A DNA stretch of 64,000 nt, taken from Pseudogymnoascus verrucosus. Lineage: Eukaryota. The stretch lies in NCBI GenBank assembly GCA_001662655.1, contig KV460230.1. One strand, given 5' to 3'. Positions 36,658-49,256 of the stretch are shown here, piece by piece. Positions within the stretch are counted from its first letter, which is position 1. Every line of letters starts with the position of its first letter. The translations under genes were made by a program, and so were the position numbers. Below the pieces are notes generated by a model that was not told the origin of the DNA, did no database searches, and was given only the letters and a program-made list of their open reading frames with translations.

Positions 36658-37090
36658 GCGCCCTTAACGCCCAATATCAACGGCATTTGGCAGTTTATGA
36701 TCAATGCACATATCTATAGATATATTTTCAATCTTTTGACTTACATATAATTTTCTGATACTATATAAATACAACTCTAACCCGTTATCAGATTATTATA
36801 GTGACGATAGTCGAACCCAGATCCCCAGAGTACGGTAAGACTAGAACAGGGGTACAGAAGGTACGTACCAAGCCGCGGGGTTGCGTCCATAGCCTCGGCC
36901 TTTACTGTTTGCAGGGAAGGGGTTGGTTCGGACCTGTCAATCACGGCCCCATTCCTACCTCTATAGTCCATCCTGCCAGATGCGGCTGAACAAGATAGAC
37001 ATCATTTTTCTATATCCTGTGTATTCTGCGTATTCTGTATATTCTTTTATCATTTAACGCTTCTTGTAATTCGAAATACCCCGGTTACCA

Positions 37091-37798
37091 ATGGCTAAAT
37101 CCGATACCTCGCCTTTAGGCGCCAATGCTGCGGCTGATGAAGAGCACCGCCTCCTCGTGCAGGAATTCTTAAAGTCGGCTTCATCAACAGAGTTGGGGAA
37201 TGTAAGCCATTATTCTTAGTCTCCCAGCATCTCCCACCCCGCCGGGGGTCTTAGAGAGGTTCAAGAAATGCCCGGCTCCCAAGCTGTGCCTGAACCTCTA
37301 CCACGCATAGTATTCACATGACTGATTATCATCCAGGTCTGGGGAGAGTCAATCTGCACGACAGACTTGAAAGTCATCTCCGCCACAGCTAAGCCAAACG
37401 GAAGAGTGGTATTTGAATACACCTGCCAGGCCAGCCACGCCAACCGCCTAGGAAACCTGCACGGCGGATGCGCCGCCACCATCTTCGACATCGCCACCAC
37501 GGCAGCGCTGGTTCCCGTCTCGAAGCCGGACTTCTGGAAATTCGTCGGCGTGAGCAGGACGCTGAATGTAACCTACCTGAGGCCTGTCCCGGTGGGCGAG
37601 ACGGTCATTATTGAGTGCGATGTTATTGCCATTGGGAAACGATTGTGTAAGTGAACTCGCTGGCCTTGGATTATATGGCGGTATGAGAAGCTCACTGTGG
37701 TTGTAGCTACAATAACTGGTACTATGAAGCGCAAGTCTGACGGCGCTCTTACTTGCATATGTGAGCATGGAAAGGTCAACATTGACCCGAAGTTGTGA
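37091..37798 (+). CDS. PaaI/hotdog-fold thioesterase (ACOT13/Them2-like)
   Basis: [35 protein letters not shown] and C-terminal CEHGKVN; three exons joined via GT-AG introns. Confidence 0.92.
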
Positions 37799-38302
37799 TC
37801 TGCCTTATATGGTGTCAGAGGTATTATACGGAGTATATAGACGCGCCGCAATTCATAGAATTTAGCGATGATAAACGGGCTTTGTCTGGGTGTATTTAGA
37901 TATATATTAGAAATATATGAGTGTGACTGTTGTTACATATATTCTACAGTATCTCCTCGGGTTGCTTACATAGCGCCTTGGTTTTATAGGCTTAAAATAT
38001 TACAAATGCGGCAATTACGATTTCATAATTGCATGTCACGTGGTTGTGGTCCCGAAATTTGACTGTTCGCGGTCAATTTTTGTGTACGATCCAGATTACC
38101 TCCCGCGGATATCTCGGAGACTCAAAATTCTCTTCGTTCAATTCAATGTTTTTCTATCTATTTCGTGCGTTCCTGTAACCTCGTTCTGAACTGCTTGGGA
38201 ACTGTGGAAAACATACCACGCCAGGTCCGACAACGGCCAATCGATCCAGCAATACCCTGCCAGGTGCTTGTATAGCCCTAGGGGCTCTATTTCCGGTTGA
38301 AC

Positions 38303-39767
38303 ATGTCGTTCCTAAGTTTCCATACCGATACTCTCGATGTCCTTAATGTCGGCCGCTTCTTCAATCCCCAAGAGCACGATGGCAACTACTACCGGCAATT
38401 ACACTCTATAGTAGCACGTGTGCCAATTCCAGCACTTTTTATCACGCTACTCTTGATATGTGCGCCTCTGGTCATCGCTCTTTATGTCTATCAATCCAAC
38501 GCCGCAAAGGCACGAGATGAACAGCCTGCGGGCTGCCGGAAGTTGGGAATAAAGACCAAAAGTAACTTATCCAACGAATTCGACGAGAAATTCGCCTCGG
38601 GATGGCCACTATCCACCACTGCCGCTCCTACAAAGCGATGGACTGTACAGAGCATGTGGATTTACCCCATCAAGAGCTGCAGAGGCGTGGAACTCGATCA
38701 TGCAGACATCATCACCACCGGCATGAAATACGATCGCCAATTCACCCTTGCTCAACTGAAGAACCCAGCACCGGCCGCCGAGACGGAGGAGAAAAGGCAG
38801 ACGGTACGGACGTGGGAATTCATCACCCAGCGCAAGTTCCCGAGACTCGCTACTGTCAAGGTGGAGGTATGGGTTCCTGATCAGAGCAGTGCGGGTTACC
38901 ACCCTGAGGGTGAGTATGTCCAGGGAGGCGGTGCTGTTGTTATACGCTTCCCCTATCAGAAACCTGGGTGGAGAGGAAAGCTCGAAAAGCTGGCCACCAT
39001 ACTCAACGGATCAGTCCCAGAGAAGCAGTTCAAGGTCCCCTTTGACCCAACACCCTCACAGGTGCAAAAGTCTGGGTATAAATACGAAAACGTGATTATC
39101 TGGAAAGACACCGTCAACGCCCTCAACCTCGAAGTGGACGTCCCCAAAGAGCTACAAGAATATCTCGGCGTCAGCAATAAACTGAGCTTAATCAGAGTCG
39201 ACAACTCCACCCTGAGAGAAGTCTACAGATGCGCCCCTAAGGCCGAAGACCTGGGTTACCAGCCCGTAACAGGTTTCCAGGATGCCTACCCTCTGCACAT
39301 CATGAACCTCGCAAGCGTGCGAGATCTCGAGGGGAAATTACCCAAGGTCAAAGGCGTGCCTAGTTTATCAGCCAAGCGATTTCGTGCAAACATCATCGGT
39401 GAGAAAGAATCATCCCAAGCAATCCCCTCCAACCATAGGATAGGACTAATTGATATGCCCAGTTACCGGACCAGAACCGTACGAAGAAGATACCTGGAAG
39501 AGAGTCAGGATCGGCTCCTACGAGTTCGCCTTCTCCTGCCGGACAGCGCGCTGTAAGCTCCCAAACGTCGACCCTGTTTCAGGGGAAGTGCATGCCTCTG
39601 AGCCAGATCGCACGCTGCGGAAACTCAGGAATGTGGATGCGGGAGCTGGGAAGTATGTTGGTTGCCTTGGTATGCAAGTTGTTCCGATAAGTAAGGAGAG
39701 TGTAATGGATGTTGGGGATGAGGTTGTCCCGCTGGAATACGGAGAGCATGTATACATAAACCAATAG
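38303..39767 (+). CDS. MOSC-domain protein (mARC-like) with N-terminal membrane anchor
   Basis: IYPIKSCRG, DRQF, FQDAYPLHIMNLASV, RFRANII|VTG.EPYEEDTW and CRTARCKLPNVDP (conserved Cys). Intron 39399-39462; hydrophobic segment LFITLLLICAPLVIALYV. Confidence 0.92.
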
Positions 39768-40775
39768 CTTGAATAATGATAGAAGTTTGTTAGAATGTTA
39801 GAACTGCAAACTATCATAAGACTTGTATTTTCACATGCTAATTGTTGATGTAATATATGGAGTCTGTGCGCGCATCAGATTTCATTCAACGTCGCCAATG
39901 TGGGGTACCACAAAAATCCAGCAATATTCATTCCAACACAACACAACCCCATACATTCATTGTTGAAACCGTATTCGAGTACATCCCTTTCCCAAAAGTC
40001 TCCACGGAGATTCAACAAGCTCTTCTGGTTTCTGTTGGGAGACCAGGGTGGAGGAGATGGATTATGGATGATGCGGCTAGACGCGTGTGATGGAGGGGCA
40101 TGTGCCTCGGCAGGAACCGGATTTTGCTTGTGAGAGATATTGAGCTCGCTCAACGACATGGATGAGCAACGACGTCAATATACTCCACGCATCGTATATC
40201 GCCAAGTCGTGAATAACGATCTGAGCTAAGTATAGGGGCATTATAGGGGAATAAGTTGATATTGTTACAGTAGTGGGACAGGGCCCGAAGGTAAGGTTGT
40301 CAGTCATGAACATCAATGAACACATGCTAGGTTGGTCTTCAATATTGTCATCAGTGGTGAGATATGGCGAAGGTAGGGTTGTCTGTCACAGTAGTGGAAA
40401 TCAAGTGATACACGCAATGGTTGGTCTTTCAATTTCATATCATTTTTTGATAAGAACCTATCTCTATTTGAAAGGAGAGTCAACTATTCGCTGCTCCAAA
40501 GCCAGCCCGCCACAACCCATTCAAAGGGGATAGTGGTGCCGCCAAGTCATACATCTAAGTACAAGGATTCAATATTCGTGAATTAGCCTTTCCCGAAACG
40601 CCTCCCAGTTCTACGCATTCCAACGCTCAAAACAAATTGTGGGGCCACCATGAGTATCAGTTTCTCAAGTTTGTGCCACCACGTAACTCCTCGCCTCGTT
40701 CGTCCCTGGCCGTTGTCGTCGTTACTGTAGCTCCGCTACATGATCTATCCATGCCGAATATAATCGGTGTGGCGT

Positions 40776-42259
40776 CTAGGCGGCATCTGCTGATGCTACC
40801 GGCTCCGCAATGCGGGTAACCTGGCTGCCAGCGCGGATGATCTTCTTGCCAGCGGAGTCGCTGACGAAAGAGATATCCTTGTTCTCGCGCTGAGCCTGCT
40901 TCCAGATCTCGACCTCAGATCCTCCACGGAGGACACCAACACGCATCGTCGACAACAGGTTGTGTGCCGCGTTGGAGTGGTTGTAGACGCCACCGTTGAA
41001 GATAGCCGTGGCATCCTTTCCAATACCGGAGTTGATCAGAGCCTTGCCACCAGGGTGGTCCTTGATGAAATCGCCAACGTCGTGAATGACACCGGCAACA
41101 GCAACGAGGGCACGCCCATCCTTGGCCTCCTTGACGTAGTCGTCCCAGCTGATGATGGGGAGCTGCTCGAGCGGGATGCCCCAGTTGAGAGTGGCGCGCT
41201 TCTGGTCGAGCTTCTTCTGGAGCTGTTGGACGCGGCCCTTCTCGATCTCGTTGGACTTGAACTGCTTGAGGTCGTAGGCGAGGCCGAGCTGCTTCCACAT
41301 CCAGATGCTCCACTTGGTGGGATCATATTGGTGCCAGGTGATGGCATTGCGGTAATCGGACGGGAACTCGTGGTGGAAGTTGTGGTAACCTTCGCCGAGG
41401 GTGACGATGGCAGTGATGAAGTGATCACGCGGAGAGTTGCGGTCGTCGAATGGCTGGTCACCGAGCCAGTGAGCAAGAGAGTTGACGCAGAAGGTTGCCT
41501 GCTGGACGACGAAGATTCTGAGAATTCCAGCGTAAACGAAACCGCCCATCCAGTCACCCCATCCGAGGCCGCAGACGAGCATGGGGAAGATCATGCCCAT
41601 GGTGATCACGGTCTTGATGTAGTTGCGGTGTTGCCACACGACAATTGGGTCCTCGTTGAGATCGGTGATGTCGGTACGGCCGATACGCTTGGGGTTCTGC
41701 TTCATGACCATCCAGCCGAAATGCGAGTACAGGAGGCCCTTGCGGACGGAATATGGGTCCTTGTCGGTATCGGTGTATCTGTGGTGAGCACGGTGGTCCC
41801 TCGCCCACCATCTGATGGAGCCCTCTACGGCACCGCCACCCATGGCAGCGAGGAAGAGCTTGAGGGGAGTTGTTGCCGAGTACGAGCTATGGGCCCAGAG
41901 ACGATGGTAGCCTGTTACCTGTTAGTTTGGCTGCCCGACCAGAACGGATTTCAACGCTCGTCAAACTTACCAGCAGTGATGCCGAGACCGGTCATGAAGT
42001 AGTAGGCAAATGCCCAGACAGCCGTCTTCCACTGAAGCGGAGTCCAGTATGCCATGACCATGCCGTACAGCGGGATGCCAATGATCATGACAACATTGAG
42101 CCAGTTGATGTGCTTGTACCAATTGGCCGCAGTGATGGGCTCCTCGGTGATATGGGGCTTCTTGGGGTCATATTTGGAGTTGCGGACAGGCTCCGTCGAG
42201 GAGGATGCTGCCATGTTCGAAGGCTGCTGATCAGCGGCCGTCTGAGATGGTTCTGCCAT
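40776..42259 (-). CDS. OLE1: Acyl-CoA delta-9 desaturase with fused cytochrome b5 domain
   Basis: His boxes [13 protein letters not shown] and HNFHH; b5 heme motif HPGG and HSNAAHNLL; one intron at about 41912-41970. Confidence 0.97.
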
Positions 42260-43687
42260 GGTCGTTTTGAACTATCCCTCGTCGGTTGGAGTATCGACAC
42301 AGGTGGTGAGGTTGAAGGAAAGAGAGCAGGAGGAGTGGCGGACCCTCGGGACCTATATACCAGGGAGCTAAATAGTTTTTTGGCGGTGGTGGCCCAATGT
42401 TGAATGATACGCTAGCGGCGGGTGAGAGGAAGGAAGTACTTTTTGGTAAGGCAGAGGAGGAGGACGCCACTTGATTCGGACAAGCAGGCCACGGAAATAG
42501 AAAAGAGGGGAAAGAATTGGGGAATGGGTGGCGATTGGGGGTGTGTAATGGAATTTAATTAAGAAGCCGAGAAGCCTAGGTTCATTTGTGGAATTATACG
42601 TGTACTGGTATACGGATGAGACGTTTTGGTGGGTGAGTGAGTGGGAGTATAGAACATGGATGATGGATGATATGGATATGAATGTTGGTGAATACATACA
42701 AGGCATAAAAAAGAAGGGCCTGGCATGTGCATGTGCAAGTGTAAGTGTGTGTGTGTGGATAGTGGTTGGATGAGTCTGAGTCTGAGTCTGGGGCGGTATT
42801 TGGTGGTATTTGGTGGTATTAGGTGGTAAAATGCAGGTCTGAGGGGTCAAAGTATGATAATTGTTGAGGTTTCGGTGAGGAACCATATGAAGGACGTATG
42901 CGGTACAGACTAGCACAACCCAGTCTCATAGGGTTACAGGATCGTGGGAGTCGAGTGTACATGGGCTGACAGCATAATTGGTGTGTGACTACAGGTACTA
43001 TTACTTTCACCACTGCTAGAATGAAAGTGATTTGCTCATTGAATATAGTCTAGTTTTTGTATATACTTGCAGACAAAGTATTGACACAGCATTCTATGTG
43101 TCTACTTGTACTTACATGCTTGTACCACTCCCCTCGATCGTCCCACCTCCCGCTGCAATGCCGACTCTCCCTTCTCTCTCTCACTGGAATGTTGGGACCT
43201 TCTTCCCCAACAATTCTTTCCGCCCCGCCCCCCGCTCCTGCTTCTTCCGCCCCGCCCGATGACCCTAACACTGGATCAAACCAGATCAACGCAAACCATA
43301 TAACTGTCCGCTGATTGGCCACAGCCACACGACAACTGCCAAGATATTCGAGATATCGTCGTTCAATGCTTCCATTTTGCATATACAGACATACACTGAA
43401 ATACACTGAAATACACAGGCATGTACAGACACATACAGACACATACACCGTCGCGGTACACATATATCCTCGTGGTACCCTTTTTGTAAGAGCAGAGCCT
43501 CAAGTTTCTTTTTGAAATTTTGTAACCCCCCAGGATATGCTATACAATTATACACAATAACAACACAATAAACGCCCCGAATAACGCCCCGCCAAATAAA
43601 TCAAAAGCAAAAATCGCTACTAAATACAATGTGGCGTCCTGTAGTATCGTCCTGAGTATCGTCCTGAAGTATCATCCTGAAGTCTCA

Positions 43688-46600
43688 TCATGGCATGTCG
43701 GTCATTAAATCATCGTCGCTAATTCCCTGAGGAATGTCAGAATGCTCTAGGGTGCTGTGTCCCCCAATACCTGTCAGGTCGCCAATCGCTGCCTCCGTCT
43801 GTTCCAAATTCTTGTCCTGGTGCTGGTGCTCCAGGGTGGCGGTGCCTGTAACATCACGTGTTGCTAATACTCCGTCGTCGTCACCATGCTTCGTCCCCAG
43901 ACCCAACATCACAAAATCATCGGTCGTGACTTCCCCACACTCCTTGGCTTCATCACGTGGGATGGCTGATTGCCCCACAGCTGCTCCAGGGGCAACACTA
44001 TCCCCTGTGATCTTATCGCCCGTGCTGTTGCTTGCGCCTCCAAGAACGGTGTCGTCCTCAATTTTATCCTCTATGGCGTTGTTTGCATCCCCATCCGTGG
44101 TTTTGACGGCAACGCTGTGCGTCTCTTCGATTCCGTCTCCAGCCGCTATGGCGCGATCCTCGGTCACATTTCCAGTAATATAACTGACATCTCCGCTCAT
44201 AATCTCAATATCGTCGCTTCTATACCCAGCTACAGTGCTGTTGTCCTCGGTTGCACTTTGGGCGTAACCTGAATCGTTGCTCGTAGCAATAGTCGCAGCG
44301 TCGAAGGTACTTTTGCCATTATCAGGAGTAACCATGTGATTTTCAGTAGCATCCTCTCTTTTGTCGCCGTCATCTTCATTTGTCACTGTTGCGGTGGGGA
44401 TTTGGATATTTTCGTGGTCCATGGGAACAGTAGTGTTGCTTTCGGTAGCATTCTCGTTTCCGGGAGATCTGAGCACGTCTTCGCTTTTTTCCGTTGGAGC
44501 AATAGCGCTGGTCTCAATTGCATCTCCATTAATTAGGCTTGCACTCTCAGTTGCAACTGCGGTGGCGATGTTTTTGGTGGCCACAATTCCATGTGCAGGG
44601 GAGGTGGTGACATCCTCGGCCGCATTATTGATATGATCCATATCCTCTGGTGAATTTTCCGAAGCGTCGATGGCATGTCTATTCTCCCCTGAGTTAGTAT
44701 GCTCATCATCTCCAATTACATCCTCAATATCAAAATGCACAGTCGCTTCGCCGCCACCAATGGCATCGCTGTCTGCTATGTCATGTGGCACTACAAAATC
44801 GTCGACCACGTTATCTGGCACGCTTTCATTGACCTGGTTTTCATCCAGGTAGTGCCTTCCTGGCGATACGGTGACAATTCGAGGCTCAAACTCAAGCTCT
44901 CCAATGGCACTTCTCGGTGGAGATCGGCCTCTCCTGGGGAAGAAGTAAGCCTCGCCGGACATGTCAGTTGGTGCATTCACATACGTGTGTGTACCAGTTG
45001 ATGGTGCTATTCCGCCTCGCTCGGTTGTTTGCGAGTCCATAAGTCGGAAATTATCAATATCATCCCTCTCCACAGCATGGGCTGGGTCGATATATTGGGA
45101 CTCGGCACGGTCTGATGGCTGGTTGCCGTAATCCCTTCCGTGGTCATCGCCCTCCATTTCCGGGAACATGCTCAAAAGCGACGTCGTGTGACACCGGGTT
45201 CTGGGGTCATCGCTAAGGCATATTCCAACCAAGGCACGATAATAACTCGGGATTTCTTGCGGGGCAGAGGCAAGCGTAAGAGGCCTTGGTTGATTTTCAG
45301 GCTCGTCTTGCTGCATGGCCAGAGCCCATAAAACCATACCGAGCTGAAATATGTCAGACTTGACGCCAATGTACATCGAAATCCTTTGTTTGCTTTCGAT
45401 TAGTGCGGCAACTTCAGGTGGTTCCCATCCGACTGGGCATCCTCGTCGGTTAATGTCAATAATCTTCGCATTATCATCGCCGTCAATGACAATATTAGAT
45501 AGTGTAAAGTCTCCTTGTACAAAGCCAGCTAAAAGCAACGTCAGCGTCAGGCGCAAATGGGTTAACAGTAGCTAAATACCTTCATGAATCTCTGATAATC
45601 CCTGGACGATTTGTTTCGCCCAGCGTTCACGTCGCGGCCATGACAATTCGTCTTTACCATCATAAATAACGTCGATCAAGGCTCCTTTCTCCGCAAAACT
45701 AATCAACAGACCTTTCAGCAGCGATCCATCATTACTTGTAATGACGCCTCCAAATTGGATAACGCTGTCCGAACCGGAAAGGCGATGAAGGGCATTGACT
45801 TCATACAAGAATTCTTCCACCGTGTCAGGCCCCGGAATCTCCTTTTTGATAAACACACGCCCGTTAACCGTGACTTTGTAGACAAAACCCGAAAGATGAG
45901 AATCAAACACAAGGTCCTGCTCCTTGACTCTCTGACAGTACAGATGATTAATGGCTGAGACCGGTGGAAATTGGATGACCTCGTGTATGTCTTCCGTGAC
46001 GTGCACATGCAGCCTATCGCTCTCCGTCTGAAGCTTCAGATTCGTGACAGTATCATAAAATTGGATATCAGGTAGAGACTCCCGAATTGCGTCGTAGATC
46101 CTGGCACTTTTATCCCGTTGATACTGAGTCTGTTGCAGTTCTTCCTCCAATGAGCCTGGTGGTGCATCCCGATAATCAAGGGATATTGTGACTCGGCGCC
46201 AGTGCGTCGGAGTTTCGGCATACGTAACGAAGAATTTTTCTCGGTTCGATCGATCTCGGAAGTGCATACTAAGATTGAGGATCCATTTCTTATCGAGCTC
46301 CTCATCGAGGAGTCCATCGGATCCAGCAATCGAATGTGGTGCAGGGTGCTCAGTAAAATCGTCTCTCGGAATTTCCGGCTCTGCTAATTCAGATATCGCC
46401 TGTTGCTCCTCCGTTGTAACATCAGCATCATCAGTAGCCACTCCTATTAGGGTCGGTGCAGAGTTTCGCGGCAGAGACAATGTGGAGGTTTTCGGCGAAT
46501 CGCAAAGCTGGTCGGCACGATGAGGGTCGACTGAGAAAGCCCGCCTCTCATTCTGTTTGGCCTTCACCGCCTCTAAATTATGCCGGAGTTCAGACTGCTG

Positions 46601-46831
46601 CCTCTTGAAGGTTCCCGGTCTGGGTAGGCCTGGTATGGCCTTCCTTGATATCCTCCTAGCAAGATTGGAACGCGGTGCCGCTGCTGCTTGCTCATCGGGC
46701 CGCGGGGTGAGAGGCTCCTCCTTCGCAAACCACCTCTTCCATGGCCAAACTGACCGGTGATCTGTGTCCAAGGTCTCGTGCGGAAGCAGCATTTGTGTGG
46801 TCGCGTCTTGGAACGGCAGGAATTTGGCCAT
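43688..46831 (-). CDS. Atypical protein kinase-like protein with long acidic low-complexity C-terminal tail
   Basis: SGFVYKV...FIKKEIPGPDTVEEFLYE, LLISFAEKGAL, QIVQGLSEIHE|AGFVQGDFTLSNIVID...KIIDIN, WEPPE, KSDIFQLGMVLW and CLSDDPRTR. One intron at about 45528-45580; 5' end uncertain. Confidence 0.85.
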
Positions 46832-49256
46832 TGGACAGCCTCACCCGTCGGATTCTGTCAGAAGAAGCTCTAGTACTCCAATCATGAGTAGTTCCTGTCG
46901 TTCAGGCGAGTATCTGTAGATGTCGTGAGGGGCTGGCGGCTGTCGGTTTTTGGCTGTTTCGACTATCTCTCGGCTCTGAGCACGTCGTATTTTTCGGAGA
47001 ATTCCCAACGCGCAGGTAGCTCCACGAGGACTGCAGACCCCGCGTGGCGGAGTAGAGCAGAGGCCTGGTGGTGGGACTTGATTTAGCAAGCATCGATGTT
47101 CGATGGGCGGTGAGTGAGGCGGCTGTTCTCGTGTGAACTTGTTCTGTGGACCTAGTTGCGAGCCGCTGCAGCTATCCGATCTGTGGCCGAGCGTGAAGAG
47201 GTTGGAGTGAGATGTCTACAAAGTTATGTAGGAGGATTGGGGGGGCATTATAATTTGAAATTCCGTCTCACGGCGAGCAGAAACGGCATCAGGGCTTGGG
47301 AGGAGAATGGATGACAACGAATTGATTATGGCAGTAGCTAACCGCGAGCCCAATAGACCAAAAAAGAGGCGGCAGCCCTGTATATTTTGAATGGCTAGTG
47401 ATAGAAGAGAGTCACGGAGCTACTGTAAGAGCAGATACTCTTACATGTGCCGCGCATATTGGAGGTGGTTGGGTGTCAATAGTAAAATACTTTCAAGGTG
47501 GCAGGGTAGCAGGGTCCGAACCAAGGGAAAGTAGCAGCGGGAGGAAACTAGAGGGAACCCCACACGGTACAAAACATGAAGACACAACACTAAGGCCGTT
47601 TTGCACTACTCTTACCGCTGTTACCCCTTACCACTACCACTACTACTTACTACCACTCATCACCGCCAGATCTAGTCGTGTGTGTTTGCGTTGGATATGA
47701 GTATGATTGTTTTTGCTGTTTGTACTCTACATACATGCGAGTCGTTATGAATACGGGGGACATTATATTGTGAGCCCATACTGCAAATCTATACCCTAAA
47801 TACACAAACAGGCTCATACTGTGCATACAAAGTATCATCTCACATATCCATATCCTGAACTCCATACATACTAAAGAGCGAAGACCTGCACCGTTCTAGC
47901 TGTATCTTCTCACTATGTCTGCGCCTCAGCGGGGCACGTGTCACCGCTGCTCTGGGGATCAGCGCCATGGGGATTTTACCCACTCGAGTATCTAACTCCG
48001 TAACTGCTCTTGGTCGTCCCTTTGGGCATCATCCTACCCGTTTGGGTGAACGGTAGGTGGTATCATTCATCTTCTAACTGCTCCGAGACCCGCAATGCTC
48101 AAATAGCCCCCGGCTTGCCACGTCTCCCTCCCTTCTCATCTCGGGTCTCAAGCCTCAACTCGGCGGCGGCTCTACTACCCTCTCCTCACCAACGCCTCCT
48201 CGTGTCACGGACGTGTATACAATAATGCCGCTCTTTCCTTCTTCTCTCCCCGGCTACCCTACTACTAGACGGTCTGTTTCCTCATCCAGACACGACCGCA
48301 TCTGTGCAAGTTTCCACCTCGCCAGGTAACATCGATATCGACCTGTAGATCGACATCAAAACGCCAACGATCCAGTCCACCACAGTATGAAACAACCTGT
48401 AACCAAAAACCGTTCAAAACATGCTCACCCCAGCATACCTGCCTGTCCAGCGGTAGAAAAAAGAAAATGGCGCGCGCGGCTTCTCCTTCCGCCCCGTTTT
48501 CCATCACTCAATCTAGGGCCATGTGTAGAACCATGCTCCCAATTAATTACCCTGTGATTGCCACGACGTACCCAGATTACCGAGCTCAGCGGCAGGACAG
48601 GCGGAAATTCGCTCTTTCCTGAGGGGATTAATTTTTTCATTGGATAAAGTCTCTTCCTACATGGGAGTATTGGGCAGCGATGTTGATGCAGTGTACTTCC
48701 CCCAGCGAGGCTTTCGTCTTCCATCCTTTGACGTGTTGTTGTTGCTAAAACCCTAGAGTCGTGCTGCGCTGTACGTGCATGACAAGGCTCATCTTCCCCG
48801 TGAACCCGGAACCAACCACGCTACAGAGAACCATTCGCCTCGTAAATCTCGACGGTTTGACTTACCTTCTTGCATTGAACCCACCTGATCATTCTCCACA
48901 ATCACATCAACACACATTTTTCGTTTTGGTTTTGGTCAAGAAAAGTCTGTGGAGCGCGGGATGTTTGTGGTAAGACGAATGGATTGCACAGATAATATGT
49001 CTTTTTTTACATTGGCGAAATGGGTAAACCAGCTGTGGTTGACTGGTCCGCCCAACACCCCGTTCTAATGGTCTAGATAATACACCAGTATATTACAGAA
49101 ATGCTACCCACGCCATATATATGCAACTCCAAGAGGTGAGGGGGTACTCGTTGCTGAGTCCGCGACGCTACCACGCCGAAGCCGATAGGCGCCAATTTCC
49201 GTGCGCCAAATTTGTCCATCAAGAGGACATTGGTCCGATCATCGAAGATCCCTCAT

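Noticed and set aside
40962..42002. 346-aa + strand ORF overlapping OLE1
   Set aside because: Antisense shadow of a strongly codon-biased gene; no domain features. The same applies to antisense ORFs over SMC2, PIM1, BRO1 and MDJ1.
42590..43690. Short repeats between OLE1 and the kinase (GT runs, tggtatt, acacaata, gtatcgtcctga)
   Set aside because: Ordinary microsatellite-like intergenic sequence with no higher-order structure evident.
46841..47210. Open frame ending just before the kinase ATG (possible uORF or extra exon)
   Set aside because: No clear ATG or splice path joining it in frame; cannot be resolved without transcripts.
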